The translations under genes were made by a program, and so were the position numbers. From positions 1-28,400 of the IMG/VR virus record IMGVR_UViG_3300024581_000703: a DNA stretch of 28,400 nt, one strand, 5' to 3'. The stretch's first letter is position 1; each line of letters begins with the position of its first letter. The notes under the pieces were generated by a model, which made no database searches, was not told where the DNA came from, and saw only the letters and a program-made list of their open reading frames with translations. Positions 1-8,435 of the stretch are shown here, piece after piece. Source of the stretch: a virus.

Positions 1-99
1 ACCCTACGGTTTGGATACGAGTACGCAGCCACTGTAAACGACCCACCCACGGAGACCTTGCTGGCCGCTACTGATACAGAGGTGGTGGTGGTCAATGGC
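1..99. repeat. Left copy of the 99-bp exact terminal direct repeat (assembly overlap / circularisation signature)
   Basis: accctacggtttggatacgag...ggtggtggtcaatggc is identical to 28302-28400. Confidence 0.95.
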
Positions 100-1065
100 T
101 ACTTTGCTGATGCCGCCGACAGCCTGCCGTTACCAAGTTCAGCAGCATCAGAATACCGCATTGATGGCAACGGTATGTTTCTATCTGACAGCAGAGCCGT
201 CGCATCGGATTATGTGTACCCAATTGCCGATCGCGACAGCATACGTAGCTATGCAGCGTTGGCCTTTTTGAACGGCGACGACGTAGGCAGCACAGGATCG
301 GACTACTTGCACGTAACTTATTACAACGGCACCACGCAGTTGGCATCGGGGTTCTTTCAAAACAACTCAACCAATGGCGGGTGGCCACCTGCTACGGGAG
401 GCAGCGATGAACAAAGCCTGTTGTACGTAGGCATTGGACCTGCAAACTTGCAATTGCAAAGCGTGAACAGCACGTTGAGACCGTCCGTGAATAGCAGTTA
501 TACACATTACTATGTGCAGATGGCGAGCGGTTCAACGTTAGCAGGCAACGAAACAAGCAAGCGATACAAGTTTGAACGTATCCCATGCAACAAGTTTTGG
601 ACCGTAGGTAGCGCGTACACCTTGCATTGGTGGAACAGTAAAGGTGGGGTGGACAGTTTGCCGTGTGCAGGAATGCACGAACAGTCGCAAAGCGTCGACC
701 GCAAAAGTTACCGTACCAGTGGAGGCAATAGTTTCAATGCCAACGGGACCAGCACAGAGTATAGCAAACACAGTTTTGAAGGCGGTAAACGCGGCACCAA
801 GGCACAAACGACAACGACCTTAAAGCTATCCATTCAGGGCGGTTCAGTTGATTTGTACACGCCATTCATTCGATCGCTCATGAACAGCGAGAGGGTGTAC
901 CTTTCAGGCAACAGCAAATTTGGATTTAACACGGACCGCAATGCTACGGGGGTGGTCCAGGTATACGTCACGGATGCACAAAAGGAATACCTGCAATCGG
1001 TAAACCAGCAGGTAGAAAGTTACACCGTGACCGTTGAACTGAGCCGACGCATTCCAAATCCATGA
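1..1065 (+). CDS. 3' part of the same junction-spanning structural protein (the ORF-track entry 58-1065 is an internal fragment)
   Basis: Codons starting at base 1 (TLRFGYEYAATVNDPP...) continue the 27984 ORF. The stop at 1063-1065 overlaps the next ATG (ATGA). Confidence 0.7.
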   Translation, partial: TLRFGYEYAATVNDPPTETLLAATDTEVVVVNGYFADAADSLPLPSSAASEYRIDGNGMFLSDSRAVASDYVYPIADRDSIRSYAALAFLNGDDVGSTGSDYLHVTYYNGTTQLASGFFQNNSTNGGWPPATGGSDEQSLLYVGIGPANLQLQSVNSTLRPSVNSSYTHYYVQMASGSTLAGNETSKRYKFERIPCNKFWTVGSAYTLHWWNSKGGVDSLPCAGMHEQSQSVDRKSYRTSGGNSFNANGTSTEYSKHSFEGGKRGTKAQTTTTLKLSIQGGSVDLYTPFIRSLMNSERVYLSGNSKFGFNTDRNATGVVQVYVTDAQKEYLQSVNQQVESYTVTVELSRRIPNP

Positions 1066-4000
1066 TACAGTTAGTCGCAACCATTCAGGGCGGTACCCAG
1101 CAATTTGAGTTGGATACCTCAGCCAGCCCAATCGAATTGAACTTTCAGTATTGGGACATCGAGAACCCAATGCAGTCGAGGTCGCCGTATACGTACAACT
1201 TTACGCTGCCGTACACGAAAACCAACGATGCGTTCTTTTCGTTTTACTTCAACGCGAACACATCAGACGGTACGTTTAAGGCCACGAACAAAACCGATGT
1301 GGCACTGTACGTTGACGGTCAGTTAGTTATGCAGGGTATTCTACAACTGCATGGTTGCGGCGAAAAGGAACAGGGGTATAGCGTGACAATCCTGGAACAG
1401 ATAGCTAAGGTATTCGACCTAATTAAAGGCATGACCTGGGACCAGTTGTTTACCACGGATGCGGGCACGGTCGATACGGACCTGGACCACGCGTTGACAT
1501 GGGACAACGTAACCGATAGTTGGACCACCTCAAATGACATTACAACTGGATCGGTTGGTGCGGGTACAATCGTGTACCCATTAGCCGATGGAGGGCAAGG
1601 TACTGCGATGAATGCACAGCAGGCAGGCACGGGGTCGGGGTTCTTCTATAACCAGTCAATAGGTATTGGCGGCAACGTCACAACATACGGCATGGACGAC
1701 CAGTATCTGAGCGTGGCCAACCTTAAGCCTGCTATACGTATTGCATACCTCATAGAGTATATTTTTAAACGTGTGGGGTACACCATTGAAAGTACGTTTG
1801 TCAACAGCACGGACTTTCAGAACATCTATATGTTCCTGGCCCTGCATACACTGCGTGCCACGAACCGTCCTACGTATGGGTTCAGCGTAGGCATACAGGG
1901 CGATATGCAGTTACCCACAGCGGGGGCCAGCGTGTTCTTTCCTTTGTCGTTTACAAATGAAAGTGTCCCATACTTTGACCCCGATGGGTTAATTACGGGC
2001 GGCAATTTTACCGCGCCATACGACGGGGTGTTTACGTTTACGGTCAACGTAGTATGCAGCACCTCGACAGGCAACGTGTTGCAGGGGTATGCTTTCTATA
2101 CGCGCATAACCGTGGGCGGGGAGACCGTCGTTTCTGACCAGTACCAAACCGTAAACTACCAAACCACGGCAGTTGTAAACCATACGTATGTGCTGAGTTT
2201 AGACGCAGGCGATACGGTGAACGTTTACGTGGCGCATTCCAGCACGACGGTACCCGTGACAGTAGAGGAGTCGGGCGCACAATCGGCGACGTTCTTTACG
2301 CTCAGTCAAATTAACAGTTCGGGCGGCCTAATTGACGTGTCGGCCAACTTCCCAAACGTCACGGTGGACAAGTGGTTGAAGGCAATAGTCGAAAGGTTTA
2401 ACCTCATCTTTGTTAGCACAGCCGACCAGCCAACCGTTATTCAGGTAGAACCGTGGTCGGATTGGTGGGCCAGCGGCACAGCGCAAAAGGATTGGACCGA
2501 GATTGTAGACCAGGACAGCATAGAGATAACGCCAACCACGAAGTACCAAAAGAAACTGTACACATTCACAGATGCGGAAGGTTCGAACTTTTCAAATCAA
2601 TGGTGGCAGCACCATTACGGGTACGTCAAGGGGCAATACGAATTCATAAACGAAAACGATTTCGTCACCAATACTGCGACGACAGAAAAAGTATTTCAGC
2701 CATACCGCAACCGCGCACTGTATTCAAACATTCAGGGCACGGGTTCCAGCGTGGTGCCCAACGTGTTGCTGCCTGCTTTTTGGAAGTGGCACGATGGATC
2801 GGATGGAAGCATCTATTTGAAAGAGTACGTACCGAACAAACCAGTGTTGGCATATTACAACGGTTTGCAGGACATAGGCAACAGCGGGCAATTTGAATTC
2901 GGCGGTACGACATACACGCAGTACCCCTATTTCTCAGAGTACAACGATGTTGGTGTAGACCTGGACACGAAGTGTTTACGATGGGGGTACGACTACCCCG
3001 ACAATTTCCTGTCACCCTTTGTCAGTGGTGGGACGACGGCAGGGGTCACCTTGAACTACGCATGGCGTACTTATTGGTCGCAGATGTTTTCAGAACTATA
3101 CGACCCTGACAGTAGGGTAATGAAATGCAAGGTCAACCTTTCGGTTGCCGATCTGTACAACCTGCGATTTAATGATACGCTGTACCTGGATGGGTGTTAT
3201 TGGAGGATATTGTCAATCAACAATTTCAGCCTAACAAGTAACGACCTGGCCAACGCGGTATTGGTCAAGGTCCTAAACCGTCCCGTAGGTAGAGCGAGTG
3301 AGGACTGCGATGCGCGACCAACCAGTGTAAACGTAGACGGCACGGTAAACTTTGTAGGTCCTGACAATCAGCCAGTTAGCCCAACAGAGGTGTGTTGCAC
3401 ATTGAACGGTTTTACCTGGGACAACACAGCCAGCGTATGCAGGGCACGCGATGCGTCGGGCGGGGGTGGCCATGGTGGAGGTAATGGTGGTGGCGGCACA
3501 GGGTCCGACGGTGCCAACCCGTCAACCAACATCGAGGGGTCGCTGCCTTCATCATACAACGACTTTGGCCACGGTGCCGATGTTCAACAATTCGCACAGC
3601 GGCAGACCATTGCAGGGAACATAACCGCCCAACTGTATGCCCGCACGACAGGGACGACAGCCGTAAACGCAGCATTGACCACGGGTATATCAGAATGGAG
3701 CGTGCCCCAGGACAACATTGTGCTGATTCAATTACGCGTCGTTTCGGTGCAAGTAGGTGGATCGGGTGCAACCATTGGTGACAGCAACACGCAGTTTATT
3801 CAGATGACCGTAGCCAACACGCGGGAGGCAGCAGGTAGACCAACCATTGCCCGCACCGTAGGCAGCGCAAATACCATAGCCGAAAACAAGGACACGGGGT
3901 TGTCGTCAAGGGTCAACATACCTGTGGCACAGTCCAGTGACGGCGACGTGGCGACGTTTAGTATCGCGTGCATAGGTGACAATAACGTTGACTATCAGTG

Positions 4001-4148
4001 GTTTATAGACATGGAGTTAACAACTATGCAGGTACAAGGCGACGCGTCCAGCATGGCGCAAGCAGTGTTCTTTAATCAAGACCCCTCAGTGCCTGTGACC
4101 CTGGACCTCAGCCCCGACGAATTCATGTACTTTAACCTGGAACCGTAA
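1062..4148 (+). CDS. Large tail hub / tail-tip protein, putative (1028 aa)
   Basis: Long ORF translationally coupled to the upstream gene (ATGA). Its size and position next to the tape-measure-like gene fit a tail hub. A Gly-rich hinge GGGGHGGGNGGGGTGSDG (about 3460-3510) is followed by a beta-rich C-terminal module of about 200 aa. Confidence 0.5.
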   Translation: MIQLVATIQGGTQQFELDTSASPIELNFQYWDIENPMQSRSPYTYNFTLPYTKTNDAFFSFYFNANTSDGTFKATNKTDVALYVDGQLVMQGILQLHGCGEKEQGYSVTILEQIAKVFDLIKGMTWDQLFTTDAGTVDTDLDHALTWDNVTDSWTTSNDITTGSVGAGTIVYPLADGGQGTAMNAQQAGTGSGFFYNQSIGIGGNVTTYGMDDQYLSVANLKPAIRIAYLIEYIFKRVGYTIESTFVNSTDFQNIYMFLALHTLRATNRPTYGFSVGIQGDMQLPTAGASVFFPLSFTNESVPYFDPDGLITGGNFTAPYDGVFTFTVNVVCSTSTGNVLQGYAFYTRITVGGETVVSDQYQTVNYQTTAVVNHTYVLSLDAGDTVNVYVAHSSTTVPVTVEESGAQSATFFTLSQINSSGGLIDVSANFPNVTVDKWLKAIVERFNLIFVSTADQPTVIQVEPWSDWWASGTAQKDWTEIVDQDSIEITPTTKYQKKLYTFTDAEGSNFSNQWWQHHYGYVKGQYEFINENDFVTNTATTEKVFQPYRNRALYSNIQGTGSSVVPNVLLPAFWKWHDGSDGSIYLKEYVPNKPVLAYYNGLQDIGNSGQFEFGGTTYTQYPYFSEYNDVGVDLDTKCLRWGYDYPDNFLSPFVSGGTTAGVTLNYAWRTYWSQMFSELYDPDSRVMKCKVNLSVADLYNLRFNDTLYLDGCYWRILSINNFSLTSNDLANAVLVKVLNRPVGRASEDCDARPTSVNVDGTVNFVGPDNQPVSPTEVCCTLNGFTWDNTASVCRARDASGGGGHGGGNGGGGTGSDGANPSTNIEGSLPSSYNDFGHGADVQQFAQRQTIAGNITAQLYARTTGTTAVNAALTTGISEWSVPQDNIVLIQLRVVSVQVGGSGATIGDSNTQFIQMTVANTREAAGRPTIARTVGSANTIAENKDTGLSSRVNIPVAQSSDGDVATFSIACIGDNNVDYQWFIDMELTTMQVQGDASSMAQAVFFNQDPSVPVTLDLSPDEFMYFNLEP

Positions 4149-4327
4149 TGAAGTATTGGATAAACGCAATAGGGTACGGAATACCCAGCAGCATACAGTT
4201 AACTAAAATCCATATATACAAGGGGGACCCACTGTACGCGCAATGGTATGGAAGGTACAGCCTAAGTAAATCCAGCATCAGCAAAATGCTTTTAATCCTA
4301 TGGAATGGCGAACGACGTAAACATTAA
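4148..4327 (+). CDS. Possible unannotated 59-aa ORF, just below the ORF-track cutoff
   Basis: ATG at 4148 overlaps the stop of the 1028-aa gene (TAATG, the coupling pattern used throughout this genome). It translates to MKYWINAIGYGIPSSIQLTKIHIYKGDPLYAQWYGRYSLSKSSISKMLLILWNGERRKH with a stop at 4325-4327. It would fill an otherwise unusual 156-nt gap, but it also contains a copy of the CCATATATA motif. Confidence 0.3.
   Translation: MKYWINAIGYGIPSSIQLTKIHIYKGDPLYAQWYGRYSLSKSSISKMLLILWNGERRKH
4210..4218 (+). promoter_or_regulatory. Copy of the CCATATATA motif (candidate late promoter/regulatory element), 87 nt upstream of the tape measure ATG
   Basis: aactaaaaTCCATATATAcaagg. Confidence 0.35.
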
Positions 4328-6170
4328 CATTGTATCCAAAGACAAGGCCAGCGGTCCAATTCGCAAGGCGGGGCGAGAGGTTAAGCGATTAGGCAAGACA
4401 GCAAGCAAGGCGGGACAGGACGCAAAAAAAGATTGGGGTGGCCTGGGTGACCTTTTCAGCGGGCTATTGCCGCGTGGTTTACAATCTACTTTGCGAGGTT
4501 TCAAGGGTGCCCAACGTCAGATCGGGCGGTTGTCCAAAAGTTTCAAGGTATTAAAGAGTTCCATTGCGGCCACTGGATTGGGTTTGTTGGTCATTGCATT
4601 GGGTGAGATAGTGGCCAACTGGGATTCAATTACGGAATCAATAACCAGTGCATCAGATGAAACAGAGAAGCAGGTCGAAATGGCCCAGGAGCAGGTCGAT
4701 TTGGCAAAGGAAAACCTGGACATAATTAGTGATACGGAGAACATTTTGAAGTTGCAGGGAGCAACGGAGGAGGACCTGTTAGAGATGCGCATGGCCGCCA
4801 CCGACGAAGCCATAGCCGCACAGAAAATTCAGATTGAAGCCTTAAAGCAACAGCAAGAAGAACAGACCAAAGCGGCAGAAACGGCACGCACCGTAGCCAA
4901 GGTTATCATTGGATTGTTAATGAGTCCAGTAACGGCGGCGTTGCTTGCGGTGGACCAACTAACGGCGGCAATGGCAGCGATCGGTTTGTTGGAAGAGGGC
5001 ACAGATTTCGCAAATGAGGCAGGTAATTGGGCTGCCGCTAAACTTGGATTGGACCCCGACAAGACAAATGAGGAGGGACAAAAGGCGGTCGATGCTGCAC
5101 AGGACCAACTGACGAAGTTGGAAAACACGCGGGCTGGATACATTCTAAGGAGGAACAAAGCGGAAGAACAAGCAGAACAAGAAGCCCAACGCGAAAGAGA
5201 TAAAGCAGCAGAAAAGGAACGTGCCGATGCAGAATTCCGCGCACAGCAGATGGAGAAACTGGAAAGGGATATGGAGTTGCGGGCCATTCAAGATGCAGAG
5301 GCGCGGGATCTACGCAAGCGGGAAATGCAATACGAGGATGACAAAGCGGCGTTGGAGGCACGCGGTGCTACGTTGGAGGAGTTGGCGGTATTGGAGGAAC
5401 AGTACGGCATGGACACCGCAGACATCAGAAAAAAGTACAGCGACCAACGACAGGCAGAAGAACAGAAAGAAGCAGAAGCACGGCAGGCATTAGAAGACGA
5501 ATTGTTCGAGGCAGGGCTGAGTGACTACGACAGGGAATTGATGCAACTACAACAGTTGTATGACCGCAGGGTAGCCATTGCAGGGGATGACGAGGGGTTG
5601 ATACTTGCGGCCCAGCAGGATTTCCTGAAAAGGAAAAAAGCATTGGATGACAAGGCAGCCCAGGACGAGGAGCAAAACCTTAAGGACCAGGCGGCTATGC
5701 GTGAGGATGTAACGCGTTCCAGCATTGAATTGATTGGTAACCTCAACGCCTTGTTTACATCTAAATCAGAAAAGGATAGCAAAAAATCCTTTGAACGTAC
5801 CAAGGCGTTAAGCATCAGCGAGACCCTGATTAGCACATACTTCGCTGCACAGAAAGCATACGCTTCACAATTTACGCCCGTACCCGATCCCACTTCACCC
5901 GTGCGTGGTACGTTAGCGGCGGCAGTTGCGGTGACCTCAGGACTGGCAAAGGTAAAAGCGATAAGCCAACAGCAATACAACGGTGGTAGTAACGCAGGCA
6001 GTGGTGGAAGCGGCGGTGCCCGTCGCAGTGGATTCGGACCAACACAGCAACAGTTGCCTATGCCCGCACGGTTGAGCAGCCCCGACGCGATGCAGGCATT
6101 TGTGGTTCAAACGCAGTTGCAGGGACAGATGAACAGCGCACAAAAGTTGCAGTCGCAAACAGTTTTGTAA
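4305..6170 (+). CDS. Tape measure protein, putative (621 aa)
   Basis: Two hydrophobic segments (ATGLGLLVIALGEIV; VAKVIIGLLMSPVTAALLAV). A long E/K/R/A/Q-rich coiled-coil core. The C-terminal ISETLISTYFAAQKAYAS...GTLAAAVAVTSGLAKV motif and the Gly/Ser-rich tail are typical of tape measure proteins. Confidence 0.65.
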   Translation: MANDVNINIVSKDKASGPIRKAGREVKRLGKTASKAGQDAKKDWGGLGDLFSGLLPRGLQSTLRGFKGAQRQIGRLSKSFKVLKSSIAATGLGLLVIALGEIVANWDSITESITSASDETEKQVEMAQEQVDLAKENLDIISDTENILKLQGATEEDLLEMRMAATDEAIAAQKIQIEALKQQQEEQTKAAETARTVAKVIIGLLMSPVTAALLAVDQLTAAMAAIGLLEEGTDFANEAGNWAAAKLGLDPDKTNEEGQKAVDAAQDQLTKLENTRAGYILRRNKAEEQAEQEAQRERDKAAEKERADAEFRAQQMEKLERDMELRAIQDAEARDLRKREMQYEDDKAALEARGATLEELAVLEEQYGMDTADIRKKYSDQRQAEEQKEAEARQALEDELFEAGLSDYDRELMQLQQLYDRRVAIAGDDEGLILAAQQDFLKRKKALDDKAAQDEEQNLKDQAAMREDVTRSSIELIGNLNALFTSKSEKDSKKSFERTKALSISETLISTYFAAQKAYASQFTPVPDPTSPVRGTLAAAVAVTSGLAKVKAISQQQYNGGSNAGSGGSGGARRSGFGPTQQQLPMPARLSSPDAMQAFVVQTQLQGQMNSAQKLQSQTVL

Positions 6171-6190
6171 ACACCCATATATAGTAAAGT
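6171..6190 (+). promoter_or_regulatory. ACACCCATATATAGTAAAGT motif copy in the gap before the 6195 gene (membrane protein / protease / acidic island operon)
   Basis: Exact CCATATATA at 6175-6183. The flank ACACCCAYATATA-RTA-MAGT is shared with 9731-9750. Confidence 0.4.
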
Positions 6191-6194
6191 AGGG

Positions 6195-6449
6195 ATGAAT
6201 AAGTACGCCGTCATATTCGCATCAGCGTTCGCATTAGAAATAGGCAGCACCATGTACATAAACGCAGTAGCCGATAAGGATATGTTGGCCACAATGTTTT
6301 GGGCGTGTGCAGGTCCGTTCATTGCGTTGCCGTTTGCAGGCTACGTAGCAGACGAAAAGACGTGGACAGGCAGGTTACAGTTGGCCTATGCAAGCGCGGC
6401 AGGGTATACCTTGGGTGCAATGATTTCAATGTATTTAATCCTGACATGA
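6195..6449 (+). CDS. Small integral membrane protein (84 aa, about 3 TM helices)
   Basis: Three hydrophobic stretches: YAVIFASAFALEIGSTMYINAV, MLATMFWACAGPFIALPFAGYV and LQLAYASAAGYTLGAMISMYLIL. Confidence 0.6.
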   Translation: MNKYAVIFASAFALEIGSTMYINAVADKDMLATMFWACAGPFIALPFAGYVADEKTWTGRLQLAYASAAGYTLGAMISMYLILT

Positions 6450-6456
6450 GATAACA

Positions 6457-7416
6457 ATGGCAAACCGAAAACTTATAGAGTTAGTCATCGGTGACGAATA
6501 TGAAGGGCTGCCCGTTGAGGCAATCAGCCTGGTTAAGTTCCCTGCGATTGAGGAAAATTTTGTGTTCTTCAATAAGGGTGGTCACCAAAAGGCGTTGAGC
6601 CTTGCGGCCATTGACGAGGATAAGCGAACGTTGGTTGGCCCTGCACTAATTCCTGACAAAGAGATCCCGCGATTTGATGACGCTACGGGTGAGGAGTACG
6701 ACGTGTATTTTTCCCAGGATACAGTTAAGCAGGCAAGCGAGTTGTACATGAAACACAACCGCACCAACGAACACACGTTTGAACACCAAACGCCCGTCGA
6801 CAATGTACACGTAGTAGAAAGTTGGTTGGTGGAGGACCCGAAGGTAGACAAAGCGAAAGCCTACGGAATGGATATGCCAAAGGGTACGTGGATGGTACGG
6901 GTGCAATGTGCGAACGAAGAGATGTGGCAGCAGGTCAAAGCAGGAGAAATCCGTGGGTTTAGCATCGAGGGGTATTTCATTGACCGCATCGAAAAGATGA
7001 GCAACCAGGCATTAGACATGACAAAGAACGAACGAACATTCGCCGATCGGTTATGGCGACAGGCAAAGGCTATGATGGGGCTACAAAAGTTTTACAGCGA
7101 GGTCACCACGGACAACGGTATGGTACTGTCAACCGAGGATGACACGTTTACCCCTGGGTCCAAAGTCCAAAAGATTGATGAGAAGGGACTACCTACGGAC
7201 GTAGACAACGGCAAATACCGCACGCAGGCGGGGGTAGAGTTCGAGGTTTACGATAATGTTCTAATCGAATGGGACGGTGAGGTGGCACAGGTAGAAGAGG
7301 CGGCAGACGCACAGCAAGAACAGCAGCCCGTGCAAATGAATGAGGCTAAAATGAAATTCTACAAAGCGTACATGAAGGCACGGATGAGAAATGAGTTTGG
7401 GTATTTTAAGCATTAA
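6457..7416 (+). CDS. Prohead protease, XkdF-like (Peptidase_S78_2 type), with a C-terminal extension
   Basis: The series AISLVKFPAIEENFVFF, LVGPALIPDKEIPRFD, YDVYFSQDTV, NEHTFEH, VVESWLVEDP, GTWMVRVQ and GEIRGFSIEGYF matches the XkdF family pattern as I recall it. Confidence 0.8.
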   Translation: MANRKLIELVIGDEYEGLPVEAISLVKFPAIEENFVFFNKGGHQKALSLAAIDEDKRTLVGPALIPDKEIPRFDDATGEEYDVYFSQDTVKQASELYMKHNRTNEHTFEHQTPVDNVHVVESWLVEDPKVDKAKAYGMDMPKGTWMVRVQCANEEMWQQVKAGEIRGFSIEGYFIDRIEKMSNQALDMTKNERTFADRLWRQAKAMMGLQKFYSEVTTDNGMVLSTEDDTFTPGSKVQKIDEKGLPTDVDNGKYRTQAGVEFEVYDNVLIEWDGEVAQVEEAADAQQEQQPVQMNEAKMKFYKAYMKARMRNEFGYFKH

Positions 7417-7431
7417 CAGTATATTCGCAGC

Positions 7432-7695
7432 ATGAGCAGAGAAAATAAACGCAGTTTGTCGTACAACGGATGGGCTAATTACCCAACATGGTTCTTGTCA
7501 TTAGACATCATTGATGTATTAGCTGAGGACGCAATGAGCCAGGGCATTACCGTTGACGAGTACGACGTTGAAAATTGGATTAACGAAGTGATCGAGAAAC
7601 CCCGTGACCCAATGGCACAGGAGGCCCTGGAATACTTTTTGGGGGAGGTTGATTACCGCGAACTGGCTGAAGCCATTAACGACATGATTGCATAA
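7432..7695 (+). CDS. Small acidic protein (87 aa), first gene of the acidic island
   Basis: NGWANYPTWFLSLDIID motif. This W-x-N-Y-x-T-W type N-terminus recalls a widespread small phage/plasmid family that I cannot name with confidence. Strong D/E excess. Confidence 0.6.
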   Translation: MSRENKRSLSYNGWANYPTWFLSLDIIDVLAEDAMSQGITVDEYDVENWINEVIEKPRDPMAQEALEYFLGEVDYRELAEAINDMIA

Positions 7696-7698
7696 AAC

Positions 7699-8424
7699 AT
7701 GAATAAGACAGACATCATTGTATGGTACCGTATCTACCTACCGACAGGGGGCGGTACTGATGTACAGTTTAGACCTTTGGAATACCGTAGTTACAGCGAC
7801 TTCGCGGACGACTGGACGGAGAAAGCAGAGAGTTTAAGTTTTGTAGATTACGAGGTCGTGGACTGGGATTACCTCAGCCAAAACGACGCGATGAATATCA
7901 ACCAGGACGAAGACACTTGGGATAAGTGGAACACGCTATTCGACGTATCCAAAGAGTACGGTGTACCTGCTGAGGTAATCGTTAAGGCCGCCGATGACAT
8001 GGGCGGGTACGATGACTACAACGAATTTATGGAGAATGCGTACGAGGGCGAAGAAGACAGTTTGGAAGATTACGCGTTTACCCTGTTAGACGACATTGGT
8101 ATTACTGACGACCTGGCCGAACGGTACTTTGATTACGACGGATTTGGTTTGGCGTTGAAGGCGGGCGGCGATTTGTACAGCCTGATTATGGACGATTGGG
8201 AGGACCGATACGATACGGAGGCAGAGGCTGAGGCAGTGTATGAGGATATGTACAGCCGCCGCAATTCAGACGTTGCTGATTGGTACATCTACGACTTGGT
8301 AGGAAATCTGAAAGATGCATTGGGTGACAGCGTATCGGACTACTTCGATTACAAGGCGTTCGCACGGGATCTTGGGTACGATGGTTACGATGTAATTGGG
8401 GGTTATGTATTCCGTAGCTACTAA
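7699..8424 (+). CDS. ardA: ArdA-like antirestriction protein (DNA mimic), 241 aa
   Basis: The C-terminus SDYFDYKAFARDLGYDGYDVIGGYVFRSY closely parallels the ArdA C-terminal signature (ColIb-P9 ArdA ...YFDYEAYARDLFLDSFTFIDGHVFRR; Tn916 Orf18 ...YIDYQAYGRDL...). ENAYEGEEDSLEDYAFTLLDDIGI resembles the ArdA central region. The protein is extremely acidic. Confidence 0.7.
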   Translation: MNKTDIIVWYRIYLPTGGGTDVQFRPLEYRSYSDFADDWTEKAESLSFVDYEVVDWDYLSQNDAMNINQDEDTWDKWNTLFDVSKEYGVPAEVIVKAADDMGGYDDYNEFMENAYEGEEDSLEDYAFTLLDDIGITDDLAERYFDYDGFGLALKAGGDLYSLIMDDWEDRYDTEAEAEAVYEDMYSRRNSDVADWYIYDLVGNLKDALGDSVSDYFDYKAFARDLGYDGYDVIGGYVFRSY

Positions 8425-8435
8425 ACAACAGAGCA

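Noticed and set aside
2453-2896. 147-aa + strand ORF in an alternative frame inside the 1028-aa tail gene. Similar internal + ORFs occur at 5221-5493, 10004-10261, 13480-13731, 14045-14242 and 25327-25554.
   Set aside because: The translations are Arg/His/Cys-rich and out-of-frame-looking, and there is no coupling to neighbouring genes. The overlapping main frames are far more protein-like.
3459-3510. G-rich stretch considered as a G-quadruplex or repeat element
   Set aside because: It is in frame and encodes the Gly-rich hinge GGGGHGGGNGGGG. The G-runs are mostly 2-3 nt and irregular, so coding constraint explains it.
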